Source: a virus. Taken from it: a stretch of DNA of 64,000 nt. The stretch is taken from positions 1 to 64,000 of the IMG/VR virus record IMGVR_UViG_3300042908_001001, one strand, 5' to 3'. Shown in pieces: positions 39,683 to 50,038 of this stretch. A program made the position numbers and the translations under genes. Each line of letters opens with the position of its first letter. Position 1 is the stretch's first letter. Under the pieces are notes generated by a model. That model had not been told where the DNA came from, made no database searches, and saw only the letters and a list, made by a program, of their open reading frames with translations.

Positions 39683-39880
39683 ATGCAATCAATTGATTTT
39701 ACAAAAGAAGAAATTAGCTTAATCCTTGTAATGTCAACAACTGCTTACAAACAACTTGCCAAATTAGATGAAGACGATTTAACCGAGCAAGTATTGAACA
39801 CAACAGAAGCCATTATTGACAAAATAAAAAAACATCTAGGAGACAATCAAAATGATAACAGCCAAGTGCCTAACGATTAG
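39683..39880 (+). CDS. hypothetical protein
   Basis: AAGGAG RBS; begins SIDFT, like the module above. Confidence 0.55.
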   Translation: MQSIDFTKEEISLILVMSTTAYKQLAKLDEDDLTEQVLNTTEAIIDKIKKHLGDNQNDNSQVPND

Positions 39881-40148
39881 TTTCTTGATTTATCTTTACA
39901 CCCTACATTTTATTTATGGAAACTAAGCAAAAACCACTAGAAGAAAGAATCGATGACTTTCTTGTAACCCAAGGAATTGACGACAGTAATATTGATGAAT
40001 TTCTGAAATCACGCCGTCTTAATTCTCGTTACTTTTACTACGACTATCGAAGTCATGGAGAAAACAGGAGTCATCGTTTTGATGCTCCTAACAATCCCAC
40101 TATCCTGATAGGAAAATCAAACAGAATCACCATAGGAGAGCCTACAAA

Positions 40149-40523
40149 ATGCCCCAAAAGACTAAATCGGAAAGCAGTGAGCAAGCGTCGTTCGTGTCGT
40201 GGTTCAAAACGTTCCAACCGCGCTATTTAATCTTTGCTATCCCTAATGGTCATGTACTCCTGTCTCGCATGGGAAAAGCTATTGTAGAAGGGCTATTAAA
40301 GGGCATCCCTGATATTTGTATCTGTGTCGATGGAGGACGGGCTATCTTTATTGAAATGAAGAAGGCAGGAGAAAAACCTACCCCCGAACAATTCAAGATT
40401 CACCTGATTTTAAAACGTTTAGGTTTCCCTATTTTTGTTTGTTACTCCGATATGGAAGCCCGTACCACTTTCTTGAGGTTTATGAATGAAAAGAATAAAG
40501 TCAGTCAACAATCCACCCCGTAA
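40149..40523 (+). CDS. VRR-NUC nuclease
   Basis: ESSEQ...FAIPNG...GLLKGIPD...FIEMK...PEQ. Confidence 0.85.
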   Translation: MPQKTKSESSEQASFVSWFKTFQPRYLIFAIPNGHVLLSRMGKAIVEGLLKGIPDICICVDGGRAIFIEMKKAGEKPTPEQFKIHLILKRLGFPIFVCYSDMEARTTFLRFMNEKNKVSQQSTP

Positions 40524-40628
40524 AGGTCAATTAATCAAAAGAGAGATTTTATTCTCTCTCGTTAAATGGGATGGTGATAAACATTCCAGATTACTCAATA
40601 ATCACTTATTTACTTTGGAGAATTAATT

Positions 40629-41033
40629 ATGTCTGAGCAAGCAGAAAACCTCTATGATTTCGCTACTCAATGGCTAAAAAATAAAGGATGTAAATTTATC
40701 GATCATGGTGGGTGGGAAGTAACAGAATCTTCGGACTCAAGCCATTGTGATCATCTTGAAGGATACCCTCAAATTGTCATGGGTTGGACTGGACAAAATA
40801 GCAAACGAATTGACTGTGTAAATATTGGTACAAGGCTTTGGGTTAACGATGCTTACAACATTGAATCAAGGGTAAAAAAAATAATCACTTGCTACAGTAA
40901 AGCAGAAGTAATCGCGGCTCTTACCGCTTTACATGAATCATTGTGTCAAGTCAATGAAATGCTTTCTCGGATAAGCAAAAAAGAAGAAAAAGAAGAATTG
41001 TATAAGGAGATGGTTAGTCACTTAACCCCTTAA
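40629..41033 (+). CDS. hypothetical protein
   Basis: GGAG RBS. Confidence 0.6.
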   Translation: MSEQAENLYDFATQWLKNKGCKFIDHGGWEVTESSDSSHCDHLEGYPQIVMGWTGQNSKRIDCVNIGTRLWVNDAYNIESRVKKIITCYSKAEVIAALTALHESLCQVNEMLSRISKKEEKEELYKEMVSHLTP

Positions 41034-41038
41034 ATCGC

Positions 41039-41812
41039 TCAAGGCAGAGGGGCAAAATTCCCATCGGTATAACACCCTCCCCAATGGCCAAGAGCGTTAA
41101 AATGGTCATTGCAAGTTGAATCTGTGCCATTGCACCCAGGGTATATTGTAACCTTGTCCCCAATCTCCCAAGTATAGGGCGCATTAATTTGTAGCCCTAT
41201 TCTTCCGTCATTTTGGACAAAATCAATCCAAAACTTAATCCCAATGTTATCGCCTGAATCAGCTATTAAATAACCACCTCCAGACGTTGCATTAAAGATG
41301 TACGGATCGCCTATATTTTGGTCAAAATAAAACTGTTTTGAACTAACAATATTATTGATTATCCCTGTTATTTTTAGTTGGTTTATATCTTTAGGGCATC
41401 GTTCATCCTCTAGCCTTTTTGTCCATCTACAAACATTAGTAAATTTCTGCAATGCGTTGTTACTTAATAGCGCATCTTTCGTATTAATCTCAAAAAAGAA
41501 AGTATCACCACTTACTTCATACTTCCCTATGTTGCCTTTTGTAACTGCTAATCCATCCTCAAGAGTTGCAGGTAAATTAGCATAATCGACAATTGCCTTA
41601 ACAATTTCAGCCCCATCATAGAGTCCCGCTCTAATATCAACATCACGAATTAGCTCAGAGTCTAGGAATAATTCAACCTCAAAATTATCAGGAGTCAATC
41701 CTATTTGTTTCCTAAGAGCAGTCGGATCAATCGCTGTATTAGCACGATAAGTAATCCCATTAATTACTAAATCATGATCATGGGAAGTAAACCCAATCCA
41801 TTCATCTGTCAT
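41039..41812 (-). CDS. DUF2163 / BR0599-like baseplate hub, lacking its usual N-terminal strand
   Basis: GFTSHDHDL, DIRAGLYDGA, Cys cluster C..C...PGC.....C. Confidence 0.85.
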   Translation of the reverse strand: MTDEWIGFTSHDHDLVINGITYRANTAIDPTALRKQIGLTPDNFEVELFLDSELIRDVDIRAGLYDGAEIVKAIVDYANLPATLEDGLAVTKGNIGKYEVSGDTFFFEINTKDALLSNNALQKFTNVCRWTKRLEDERCPKDINQLKITGIINNIVSSKQFYFDQNIGDPYIFNATSGGGYLIADSGDNIGIKFWIDFVQNDGRIGLQINAPYTWEIGDKVTIYPGCNGTDSTCNDHFNALGHWGGCYTDGNFAPLP

Positions 41813-42177
41813 CCTTGTAACCCATATCCTATTGCAATATATTGATCAAGTATTCTTTTTAGCCGTTGTCCATAGGTAGTTGATAGCCAACTTCCTAGAT
41901 CGGAACTATTCACAGCAAACTCAACTTTATTGTTTTGGGTTTCTACTGTTTTTAGTTGCCCAAATTTCAAAGGATCAACATTCTCTGATGAAAGATTTTC
42001 TGACAAGAATAAATAATGCGCGATCGCCAAACAATATGCTTGCTCTTTTTGAGGCGATTCAATATATTCATAATTCAATTCAATCAAAGTATTTTCGATT
42101 AACTTGGAAACAATATCAGAATCGATTGACTCAAATTCTGGAAACTTATCAATAAAAAAATTGTAGTCAATTGTCAT
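41809..42177 (-). CDS. head-tail connector (DUF4054-like)
   Basis: F..KFPEF...LAIAHYL...STTYGQR. Confidence 0.8.
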   Translation of the reverse strand: MTIDYNFFIDKFPEFESIDSDIVSKLIENTLIELNYEYIESPQKEQAYCLAIAHYLFLSENLSSENVDPLKFGQLKTVETQNNKVEFAVNSSDLGSWLSTTYGQRLKRILDQYIAIGYGLQG

Positions 42178-42395
42178 TATTCAGCCTCTACTAAATTTCT
42201 TAAAACCCCGTCTTTTTGAGACAATCTTAACCGTACTCTAGAATCAGGGATAATCATTTCAGTCCCGTATCTACCCTTCCAAAGACTATCGGAATTAACG
42301 TCAAGTCCGTCTTGTTTCTTGATCATGGTGATACCGTGTAAAGTGTGTTTTACGGTACTACCGAGGGGAATATGGACACTTTTACTCATAGACAA
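42177..42395 (-). CDS. hypothetical late protein
   Basis: Preceded by the late motif. Confidence 0.55.
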   Translation of the reverse strand: MSMSKSVHIPLGSTVKHTLHGITMIKKQDGLDVNSDSLWKGRYGTEMIIPDSRVRLRLSQKDGVLRNLVEAE

Positions 42396-42451
42396 AAAAA
42401 ATAATTGGCTACTAAATAATAACCAATTAATAAAACAATTTTATTTTGTTT

Positions 42452-42745
42452 TTAAGCTACTTTTGAAACTTTGGTATTGACAATAGCTATCGGTTCATCA
42501 GTTGCCTTGTTTTCTGTTACCTTAAACCCTTCTAATTCACCTTTTGCGGTAGGCTCTTTTGTCAAAACAACCAAAGTTCCCTCTTCAAGGTGATGATTAA
42601 AAATAGGGTGCTTCTTAAGATGGTCAATATCATCGTCAGGGATTGCAATATTAACCCCAGGCAACAATTCGATTCGACTAATGCCTTTCCCGTTGGAATA
42701 GTCGATAGTCATTCCAGCCGCTTTGTTATTTTTAATTTGTGCCAT
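42452..42745 (-). CDS. capsid-associated hypothetical protein
   Basis: L.PG.N pattern; directly downstream of the capsid gene. Confidence 0.55.
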   Translation of the reverse strand: MAQIKNNKAAGMTIDYSNGKGISRIELLPGVNIAIPDDDIDHLKKHPIFNHHLEEGTLVVLTKEPTAKGELEGFKVTENKATDEPIAIVNTKVSKVA

Positions 42746-42795
42746 AATTTTACCAAATAAAAGTTAATAGATAGGGCTAAAGGTAGCCCATAAGA

Positions 42796-43716
42796 CTAAA
42801 TACCATCAGCATATAACATTGATTGAACTTTGATTAATTGCTGACCACCGCAACGGGTTAAACAGGGAGTGGTATATTTCCGTTTTTCATACTCAGTAGG
42901 CATAGTCATAAATCCAATCGGAACATGAAAACGAATCTTCTCAGAACGGGGCATATAGCCGACCATAATAGAAGTTCCATTAGTCCCCAAACCCTTAAGA
43001 TAAGGGACTGGAATAATCCGTTTTACACCAAAAGGATTTGATACTTGAGTCTTCAGGAAAAAGCTCAAAATCGTTTCGGTTGCCGTACTGTCAGGATAGG
43101 GAGTTTCTGAAATTAGAGAAAAATTCTCATCATCCATCAAAATCACTTCTGAAAAATGGGCATTCTTGGTATCAATGCGAGTCTTCCGAGCAAAGTTAGT
43201 TAAGTCACGGTATCTCTGCGCGGCCGTCTTGCTTGCCCACGTTGTACTAGAGCTAGTCCCGTCATTGGGGATAGTGTAGGTAGGTACGTTAGCATGACCG
43301 ATAAAACCCATCAGATTATCCTGAGAACTACCACGCCAACCCACGTTATCAAGCGTTTGCTCAATGATTTCACGGGCGGTTAGTGCTAGGGTGGAATCCA
43401 AAGGTACGTTAGCCTGTTGAGCATACTGCATATCCTCCCAAGAATAAGAATATTGATTCCCGATGGTCTTGATCACGCCATAGCGACTTTCCATAAAAGC
43501 CGAAACTTCAGGAAAATCATCGGAGCCGCTAGACATAATCTTGGCAGAACCTAGAGAGGTATAAAGCGAGTATTGGTAGGTCTTAGCCCATGCTGGCAAT
43601 TCAGAGCTAATGGGAACCAGTGAACCGTTAGCCATTTGTCGCTCAGGAAAATCCTGTTTTACGACAATATTTTGGACAGCCCGCAAGCTATTTTGAGCAA
43701 AAAGAGTCATTGACAT
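42796..43716 (-). CDS. major capsid protein (DUF2184 type)
   Basis: G.AK...DDFPEV...YSYSWEDM..A...LD...G.IGHANV...TRCGG...YADGI; GGAGG RBS. Confidence 0.9.
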   Translation of the reverse strand: MSMTLFAQNSLRAVQNIVVKQDFPERQMANGSLVPISSELPAWAKTYQYSLYTSLGSAKIMSSGSDDFPEVSAFMESRYGVIKTIGNQYSYSWEDMQYAQQANVPLDSTLALTAREIIEQTLDNVGWRGSSQDNLMGFIGHANVPTYTIPNDGTSSSTTWASKTAAQRYRDLTNFARKTRIDTKNAHFSEVILMDDENFSLISETPYPDSTATETILSFFLKTQVSNPFGVKRIIPVPYLKGLGTNGTSIMVGYMPRSEKIRFHVPIGFMTMPTEYEKRKYTTPCLTRCGGQQLIKVQSMLYADGI

Positions 43717-43728
43717 AATAAAAACCTC

Positions 43729-44487
43729 CTATAGTAATTCGAGTTCAGCTAAACCAGCCGCCGCCGTTTTGCTAACCCAACGGGCAGTAGTAACTTGATC
43801 GGCGCGTGCAATAGTACCTGACTCTGACCCGCTTGCGATATTTGCGTTAGTCAGAGCAAAAGTGAACGTGGTAGTAGTCGGGGTCGCTACAATCGTGCGA
43901 GTCCCGTTTAAAACCGTATTAGTTGCCAATCCTGCGATCACGACAGATTGACCAACAGCGAAACCATGCGCGGCGGATGTCGTAATAGTGGCAACATTTG
44001 AAGTCAATGCAGTCGTCGTAATAGTTGCGGCATCAGCATCCTTACGAAAGTTACCCGCGATAGATGTACTGTTAGTAATGCCACGCAAATAAACATCATC
44101 GGCAGGGCTAACAGCTTGCTCGGAATAGACCCAAATACGACCACGTGATCGCACAGTGATTTCTTCTTTTTCCCGATAATTGACATCCTGAGTGCCTGTA
44201 ACAACCGTGAGAAAGTCAGGATTATCCCAAGTGTCTTTTTGGACTCGTTTAGCGACTCCCATAAACTTCCCACCAGTTGCGGTAGGAACCTTTACTTTAG
44301 GACTAGAACCCACATAGGTAGAGTCGCGGGTGAACGTGCCACCATTAGCGGAATCGTAAACCAAACCAACTCCAAAATCGACAGCCAAATCAGCAAAGGC
44401 TGAAATATCAAATCGAACCCCCTCCTCCAATGCTTGCCCTTTTAAGGCAACATCGTGATCCCATACAACAGACGTTTGAATAGGCAT
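43729..44487 (-). CDS. capsid decoration protein with an inserted Thr/Ala-rich domain
   Basis: V.FGVGLV, RGRIWV, ARW...A.LEL; insert ATITTSAAHGFAVGQSV. Confidence 0.8.
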   Translation of the reverse strand: MPIQTSVVWDHDVALKGQALEEGVRFDISAFADLAVDFGVGLVYDSANGGTFTRDSTYVGSSPKVKVPTATGGKFMGVAKRVQKDTWDNPDFLTVVTGTQDVNYREKEEITVRSRGRIWVYSEQAVSPADDVYLRGITNSTSIAGNFRKDADAATITTTALTSNVATITTSAAHGFAVGQSVVIAGLATNTVLNGTRTIVATPTTTTFTFALTNANIASGSESGTIARADQVTTARWVSKTAAAGLAELELL

Positions 44488-44499
44488 TTAACAAACCTC

Positions 44500-45681
44500 C
44501 TATTTTAAAGTAATTAAATTTTTAGAACGACTAGAAACATCACCACGAATGGAATCGGTTCTAACCTCATCAGGCGTTAATCCGTCAAGATGTTTTTTGG
44601 TTTCTTCCGTGTGATTCTTGGGAGAATTTTGAGATTGAAACCAAATCCCTTCAATAAAATCAGGCGACTTTTCATCCAACTTGACATCAGGGTACAAAGG
44701 AGCCAAGTAAGCTTTTTTCAACCCCAATTCGTCAAGGTCAAACGGATCGACAGAATCGGAAGTAAAAACGTCTTTGACTTTCTCAAACGTTTTAAGCCAA
44801 GATTTAATAGAAGATGAATCCATGCGGGTATTTTTAGCCGATTCAAGGTCAGATTCAAGCTTTTGAATCTTGGACTCAAGAGCGACTTTTTCACCATCCA
44901 AAGAATCGTACTTAGGCTTAAGCGAATCAAGCTCACTCTTTACCCGTTCACCTAATTCGTATTCCTTGGTAAGCGACGATTGAAGCGAGTCCAAAACAGA
45001 CAAAATCTCAGGCGATTCATCTGTCTTAACTTCATACTTCTCGCCCGTCCGAGGGATAGTATAATTTTTAATAGTTGTTACAGTCATAGATTTTTTGCTT
45101 TTTGAAACAGAATCTATTTTAATAATAACATCTGTTTCTTCACTGTCAAATCGTGCGTTATCCCCAGCCCTAGCTTTTTCGACTAACGCGATATGATTGC
45201 CTCCAATGTCTTCTTGCTCAACATCATATTCATATTCTTTTCCGATTATCCCCATCACGCCTAATTCATCCTTCCATATTCCAGAATCTTTTTTAAGGGT
45301 ACAGGTATAACCACAAGACAACTGTCTATGGGTTGCGATTGCGGCGTTGATAGCGGTTTTGTCAGTGATATGTAGTTTTGCATGAATCCAACCATCATCA
45401 CCGTAATAGCAATCAGGCACAAACCCTTTCTGATGTTGACTAGCATTGTCAGCCGTTACCAATTCTTTAGGATGGTCAAGAGTTACCAGTGAATTTCTAA
45501 AGCTATCAACAGAAGCCTTGACGTTTTCAGGCCTTCTCAACTCTCTAACCAGCTTCCCATCTTTCCAATAATTTTGAACACCGACACGGGCGACCCGCGC
45601 ATCCTCAATAGACAAAAATCCCTGCGGAGTCCATTTAGCACTCTTAGGGATTTTTACGGTATCGTATCTTAATTCACTCAT
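44500..45681 (-). CDS. head maturation protease/scaffold (DUF2213)
   Basis: TPQGFL, ARVGVQ.Y, TLDHP, LSCGY, NHIALV.KARAG. Confidence 0.9.
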   Translation of the reverse strand: MSELRYDTVKIPKSAKWTPQGFLSIEDARVARVGVQNYWKDGKLVRELRRPENVKASVDSFRNSLVTLDHPKELVTADNASQHQKGFVPDCYYGDDGWIHAKLHITDKTAINAAIATHRQLSCGYTCTLKKDSGIWKDELGVMGIIGKEYEYDVEQEDIGGNHIALVEKARAGDNARFDSEETDVIIKIDSVSKSKKSMTVTTIKNYTIPRTGEKYEVKTDESPEILSVLDSLQSSLTKEYELGERVKSELDSLKPKYDSLDGEKVALESKIQKLESDLESAKNTRMDSSSIKSWLKTFEKVKDVFTSDSVDPFDLDELGLKKAYLAPLYPDVKLDEKSPDFIEGIWFQSQNSPKNHTEETKKHLDGLTPDEVRTDSIRGDVSSRSKNLITLK

Positions 45682-45805
45682 AATATTTACCTATAGTTTT
45701 AAGTAAATATTAACCTGTTTATTGTGCTATCATTAATTTATTCACGCTATCAATACTAAGATTTTTAACCGCCACTTAGATGCAACTATGGCGGTCTTTT
45801 ATTGT

Positions 45806-46054
45806 TCATAAAAAATCAATCAATTTCAATCCTAATTCCTTCCGATTGTCTTCGCACTTTTTACTCTGACAACGAAAACGACTTAGCTTACCTTGCAAAG
45901 CCTTATCTTTTCTTTCTTGTAGTGTATTCCCGCACAAAGGGCAATCTCGCTTTTCTATTTTTTGAATCTCTAAATATTTAGATTCATTAAATATTAAATC
46001 TTCCCATTCAGGATCGGGGATTGATACTTGTTTAATTAATTCTTGAGTGACCAT
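45806..46054 (-). CDS. zinc-ribbon hypothetical protein
   Basis: CPLC...C..KKC. Confidence 0.55.
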   Translation of the reverse strand: MVTQELIKQVSIPDPEWEDLIFNESKYLEIQKIEKRDCPLCGNTLQERKDKALQGKLSRFRCQSKKCEDNRKELGLKLIDFL

Positions 46055-46060
46055 GATTAA

Positions 46061-46738
46061 TTACCCTAAAAAGCTAATAGGACTATTCGGATTTTTGCCC
46101 TTTTTAATACAGAAAACAGCGTCCGATTCCTGTCTTCCACTACACATAACAGGCTTACCATTCTTAAATTGTGGAACCCCGTCAATTTCTTTCTGGCATT
46201 TACTCATAGGAACCCCGTCTTTTAAATAGTCAATACGCCAAGGAATAATGTATTGTTCTGCGATATGACAATCTAGTTCTTTAAGCTCTTTTGACCTTCC
46301 TTGACTACTAAAAAAAGATATAGGAAGCAAAAATAATAAACGACTTTCGGGCTTATCATTTAACAGTGGTAATGAATATTTAATGCCTTTGATTGCGTCA
46401 TCAAATGGAGGATTTGTTATGATCAAATCATAACTGTGAAGTTTGATAGAACGGTCAGGAAGAAAGAAATTTGAACAAGAAAAAACAATCTTCTTTCTGA
46501 GAATATCATTGTGGAAATATTTATTAAAAAAGCAATGATACCTTTCTTGATTTACTTCATTAAAATAGAGTTCAGGAATATTTAATTGATTATCTATTAA
46601 ATGCTTAATAATTGCATCAAATAAATAACCTCTTCCTCCAAACGGCTCTAAAATATTCTTATCCGTTGGCAATACTAACTTAGCCATTAAATTAGCTTCT
46701 CTTGGCGGAGTTTCATAGTCGCTTTTGTTCCAATCCAT
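46061..46738 (-). CDS. small amino-methyltransferase (N6-adenine type)
   Basis: YETP, ILEPFGGRG, ITNPPF. Confidence 0.8.
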   Translation of the reverse strand: MDWNKSDYETPPREANLMAKLVLPTDKNILEPFGGRGYLFDAIIKHLIDNQLNIPELYFNEVNQERYHCFFNKYFHNDILRKKIVFSCSNFFLPDRSIKLHSYDLIITNPPFDDAIKGIKYSLPLLNDKPESRLLFLLPISFFSSQGRSKELKELDCHIAEQYIIPWRIDYLKDGVPMSKCQKEIDGVPQFKNGKPVMCSGRQESDAVFCIKKGKNPNSPISFLG

Positions 46739-46802
46739 AGCTTTTTATTGGTTTATTTTCTATTATTTTAATCTAAAACATTTTAATTTGTCAAGAAAGT
46801 TA

Positions 46803-47993
46803 TTAAAACAAATTAAGTTGACCTGATACATTAAAGCTAATCGCCTTTTGTTGCTTCCGAATTAATAACAACTCAGTGCGTTTAGGTCGTGTTTTAGTTT
46901 TGGAGTTGCGAGTAATACCCGCGCTACTGGCTACGGTTTCTTTATAGTGGCGATCCCAATTTTCTTCAGGATAAAGCTCATCTAGCAAGTCGTTAGGATA
47001 ATAGGAAACAATCGCACCCGCGCATTCTACTTCGTTCAATGTTTTAGCCAGTCGATAGTGCATTTCTAGGGTATCATCCTTTGATTGCTTGGCATTGTAC
47101 GAATAATATTTTTCGCAGTTTAGGTACGGGGGATCTGCGTAAAACAAGGTTTCAGGAGTTGCCCAACGCTCGATTACTTTAATGGCATCGTCGCACTCTA
47201 AATAGACTTTTTTAAGGTCGTTTAGGTTTTCTTGCAAGTGTGGGGATGCTGTCAGGATTCGGGAGGGAACGGAGTTATGTACCAATGTTGGGCAAGCGTC
47301 TCCGCCATTGTCATTGCTTGGGATTGTATGCCGATCAGTTCTCCATCCATCCGATCCCCTAAATGACTGCCAATTATCAACCAAATACCGTCTAACTCGT
47401 TCAATCCGAAAATCAACATCAGGCTCTACGAATTGCCTACCCACAGCATTCAGGCAAGCATAGGGATTAATCGCCTCCGATTCCCCTAAATGCGGCGCGG
47501 CGGTTAGGATTCGGGATGGGAGATTGGCAAATCCATCTGGTGATTGTAATGCCCCGATTTCTTCCCCCGTCCTAAATGCCCACCCCTTTGATGGTTCTCC
47601 TCCCATAAATGTCTGAGTGTGACCTACTAAATACTGCCTAGCATCTTCTAAGCGATCGCCGCTTCCCCTTGATTGTGAATCCTTATGTTCTGCCCGACTG
47701 TAGGGAGTGAAATAGACAGAATAGGCTAACAATTCAGGATAATCGCGAACCATTTTATAGAGATTCATTATCTCTCTGTCAGCATCATTCAGAACCGCCC
47801 GAAAATGACGACCCCGCGCTTTAACCTGTTCTGGTATCCCTTCATTTAAAAGGTAAAAATACGTCGCCGCGCTTCCACAAAACGGTTCACAATAAATGCT
47901 GAAATTATGCTCTTTAATAAATTGCAAAATCCAAGGGGCTAATCTTGCCTTACCGCCCACCCGTCCGATCACTGGTTTGATTTTAGTTTTCAT
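46803..47993 (-). CDS. Dam-family DNA adenine methyltransferase with duplicated recognition region
   Basis: GGKARLA, YCEPFCGS, LND, YADPPY, TELL; C-terminal QLNLF. Confidence 0.9.
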   Translation of the reverse strand: MKTKIKPVIGRVGGKARLAPWILQFIKEHNFSIYCEPFCGSAATYFYLLNEGIPEQVKARGRHFRAVLNDADREIMNLYKMVRDYPELLAYSVYFTPYSRAEHKDSQSRGSGDRLEDARQYLVGHTQTFMGGEPSKGWAFRTGEEIGALQSPDGFANLPSRILTAAPHLGESEAINPYACLNAVGRQFVEPDVDFRIERVRRYLVDNWQSFRGSDGWRTDRHTIPSNDNGGDACPTLVHNSVPSRILTASPHLQENLNDLKKVYLECDDAIKVIERWATPETLFYADPPYLNCEKYYSYNAKQSKDDTLEMHYRLAKTLNEVECAGAIVSYYPNDLLDELYPEENWDRHYKETVASSAGITRNSKTKTRPKRTELLLIRKQQKAISFNVSGQLNLF

Positions 47994-48032
47994 GATTAAT
48001 AATAAAACATTTTAATTTTACATATAAAACGA

Positions 48033-49082
48033 TTAAGTGAATGTGAGGGATAGCGTCATTTGAGTTGGTAAAGCCCCGTGTTTTTTAGTGTAAAGCTTTT
48101 CGGCTTTTGTGCGATAAGGTTCATCTAGTTTTTTTAGCCAATCAGAGAAAGTTGATTTACTTTTTCTAACATTGCAGGAATAACAACAAATCACAACATT
48201 GCTTTCAGAGTGCAATCCCCCTCTTGACAAGGGAATTAGATGATCTAGGGTTTTTAGTCTCCCCCTATCGTGTGCCTTATCAGCCATTTTTATCCCACAG
48301 TAAACACACAGGCTTGTCTCACAAAAAAGCTTTGTAATAACTTCTGGAGTGAGAGAGCCATCGCTCTGACTATTTATTCTCTCACGTCTTTTCCCTTGAT
48401 TGCTATTAACTTCTTCCCTGTGAGTATGACGATAAATCCTTGCGTATTCAACGATCTTTTCTTTATTGTTTTTTCTGTACTCCTGATTATATTTATTTAT
48501 TGTTTCTTTATTCCCATAGTAATACTCTTTGCTTTTTTGGTTAAGAGCTTCTTTATTTCTTACATGATATTCTTTACTTTTTGCCAGCATTTGCTCTCTA
48601 TTCCTATAATGATGATTAAGAGAGGATTGTCTTCTTTTTTCTTTGTTTTCCTCATAGTCCACTTTGCGCTTTTCTGTCAAAACGGATTTATTCTTTTCGC
48701 AGTACTCTTTTCTTTTTTGTGCTAGAGACTCTTTATTTGCTTCACAATATCTCTTGTGAGACTCCGCATTTCTTTCTTTGTTGACTTCATTGTATTTTCT
48801 TTTTCGTTCTTTTATGTTTTCTTTGTTTTTTTCGTAATACTCTTTTCTTTTTTCTGCCAATACTTCTTTGTTGTTTTCGTAATACTCTTTTTTCTTTTGA
48901 CAAACTTTTTCTTTGTTGTTTTCTTTATACCTCCGATGAGACTCTTTTTCTTTTTCTTTATTCTTTTTATAATACTCTTTTCTTTTTTCCTTATTCTTTT
49001 CCCTGTATAGCTTGTCTGATAGTCGTTTTGCTTCTTTTCTTTTTTCTATCTTATCAATGTCGTTTTGTGCTAGAATATCCAT
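48033..49082 (-). CDS. HNH endonuclease with a long charged helical-repeat N-terminus
   Basis: ~15-aa YYExNKE repeats; CVYCG...TLDHLIPLSRGGLH...CYSCN..K. Confidence 0.9.
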   Translation of the reverse strand: MDILAQNDIDKIEKRKEAKRLSDKLYREKNKEKRKEYYKKNKEKEKESHRRYKENNKEKVCQKKKEYYENNKEVLAEKRKEYYEKNKENIKERKRKYNEVNKERNAESHKRYCEANKESLAQKRKEYCEKNKSVLTEKRKVDYEENKEKRRQSSLNHHYRNREQMLAKSKEYHVRNKEALNQKSKEYYYGNKETINKYNQEYRKNNKEKIVEYARIYRHTHREEVNSNQGKRRERINSQSDGSLTPEVITKLFCETSLCVYCGIKMADKAHDRGRLKTLDHLIPLSRGGLHSESNVVICCYSCNVRKSKSTFSDWLKKLDEPYRTKAEKLYTKKHGALPTQMTLSLTFT

Positions 49083-49190
49083 ATTGACCTCTGATACAGG
49101 TTAGTCGAATCCCAGACCCTGCAAGGTCGTGGGGTTCTCTTTTATTATAGCTTATTTTAGATGTTTTTAACAAACTAAGACAATTTATTT

Positions 49191-49820
49191 TTATTGGTAA
49201 AAAGCTTCCCAATCTTCTTTTGTGGCAAATTTGCGGTCATATTTTTGATTGTCTAAAATTAGGTGGTATTCATGCCACTCAGCCGTATCATCTCCAATCC
49301 ATTGAACTTGTTTGGAATGAGTGCGTAAAACAGGATAATCATCTATTAATTGGTTAGACTTTTCGAGATAACTAAACCCGTCATCGTCTTTTTCCCAGTG
49401 CCATTTCTTCCCACCAGTCCATTCAATCCCTAATGACTGAATGAAGGGCTTTAAAATAGCGTTACCATGATTCATTATCTGTTCAAAATTTTGATAACTA
49501 TACCCATTTTTATTGATGAGATTAATCAATCTTCCATTATGAATAAAGTTGTGGCAGGGATGACATAATGCACAAGTGCCAACGTATTCGACTCTACCAG
49601 TTGAATAGTTTATGTTATAGGACTCATGGGCTTCTAACCAACTTCTCATTTTTGCTTTGGACTTATGAACACCACAAGCCCAGCAATGATCATTAAATTT
49701 AGCTTTGCATTCTTTTTTGGTTTGTTTCCACCACTTATTCCCCTTAATTGTCCGAGGGTTTAAGGTATGCAATGGCTTGGGAATATTTGGATGACAAAGG
49801 AGGATAGGGAAGGTTTTCAT
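49191..49820 (-). CDS. HNH-like protein
   Basis: CWACG...LEAHE...LCHPCHNFIH.G. Confidence 0.7.
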   Translation of the reverse strand: MKTFPILLCHPNIPKPLHTLNPRTIKGNKWWKQTKKECKAKFNDHCWACGVHKSKAKMRSWLEAHESYNINYSTGRVEYVGTCALCHPCHNFIHNGRLINLINKNGYSYQNFEQIMNHGNAILKPFIQSLGIEWTGGKKWHWEKDDDGFSYLEKSNQLIDDYPVLRTHSKQVQWIGDDTAEWHEYHLILDNQKYDRKFATKEDWEAFYQ

Positions 49821-50038
49821 TTAGGACTATTGTTTAATGCACAATAAAAGAACTTTATATTAAAGTAAAAATCACGCCTTGATGGAAGACTATTCATAAT
49901 CCATTTTCTTCTGTTAAAGGCAATCTTACACCGAGTAAATCCGTACATAAAATCTTTTATTTTATCCATGTTCAATCCTCAACTTTTTATTATCTTCTCA
50001 TCATTCCTGATAATTGTCAAGAAAGTTTATAAAACAAT

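Noticed and set aside
48270-49010. Hydrophobic plus-strand ORFs resembling membrane proteins
   Set aside because: Antisense shadows of the Lys/Glu-rich HNH repeat region
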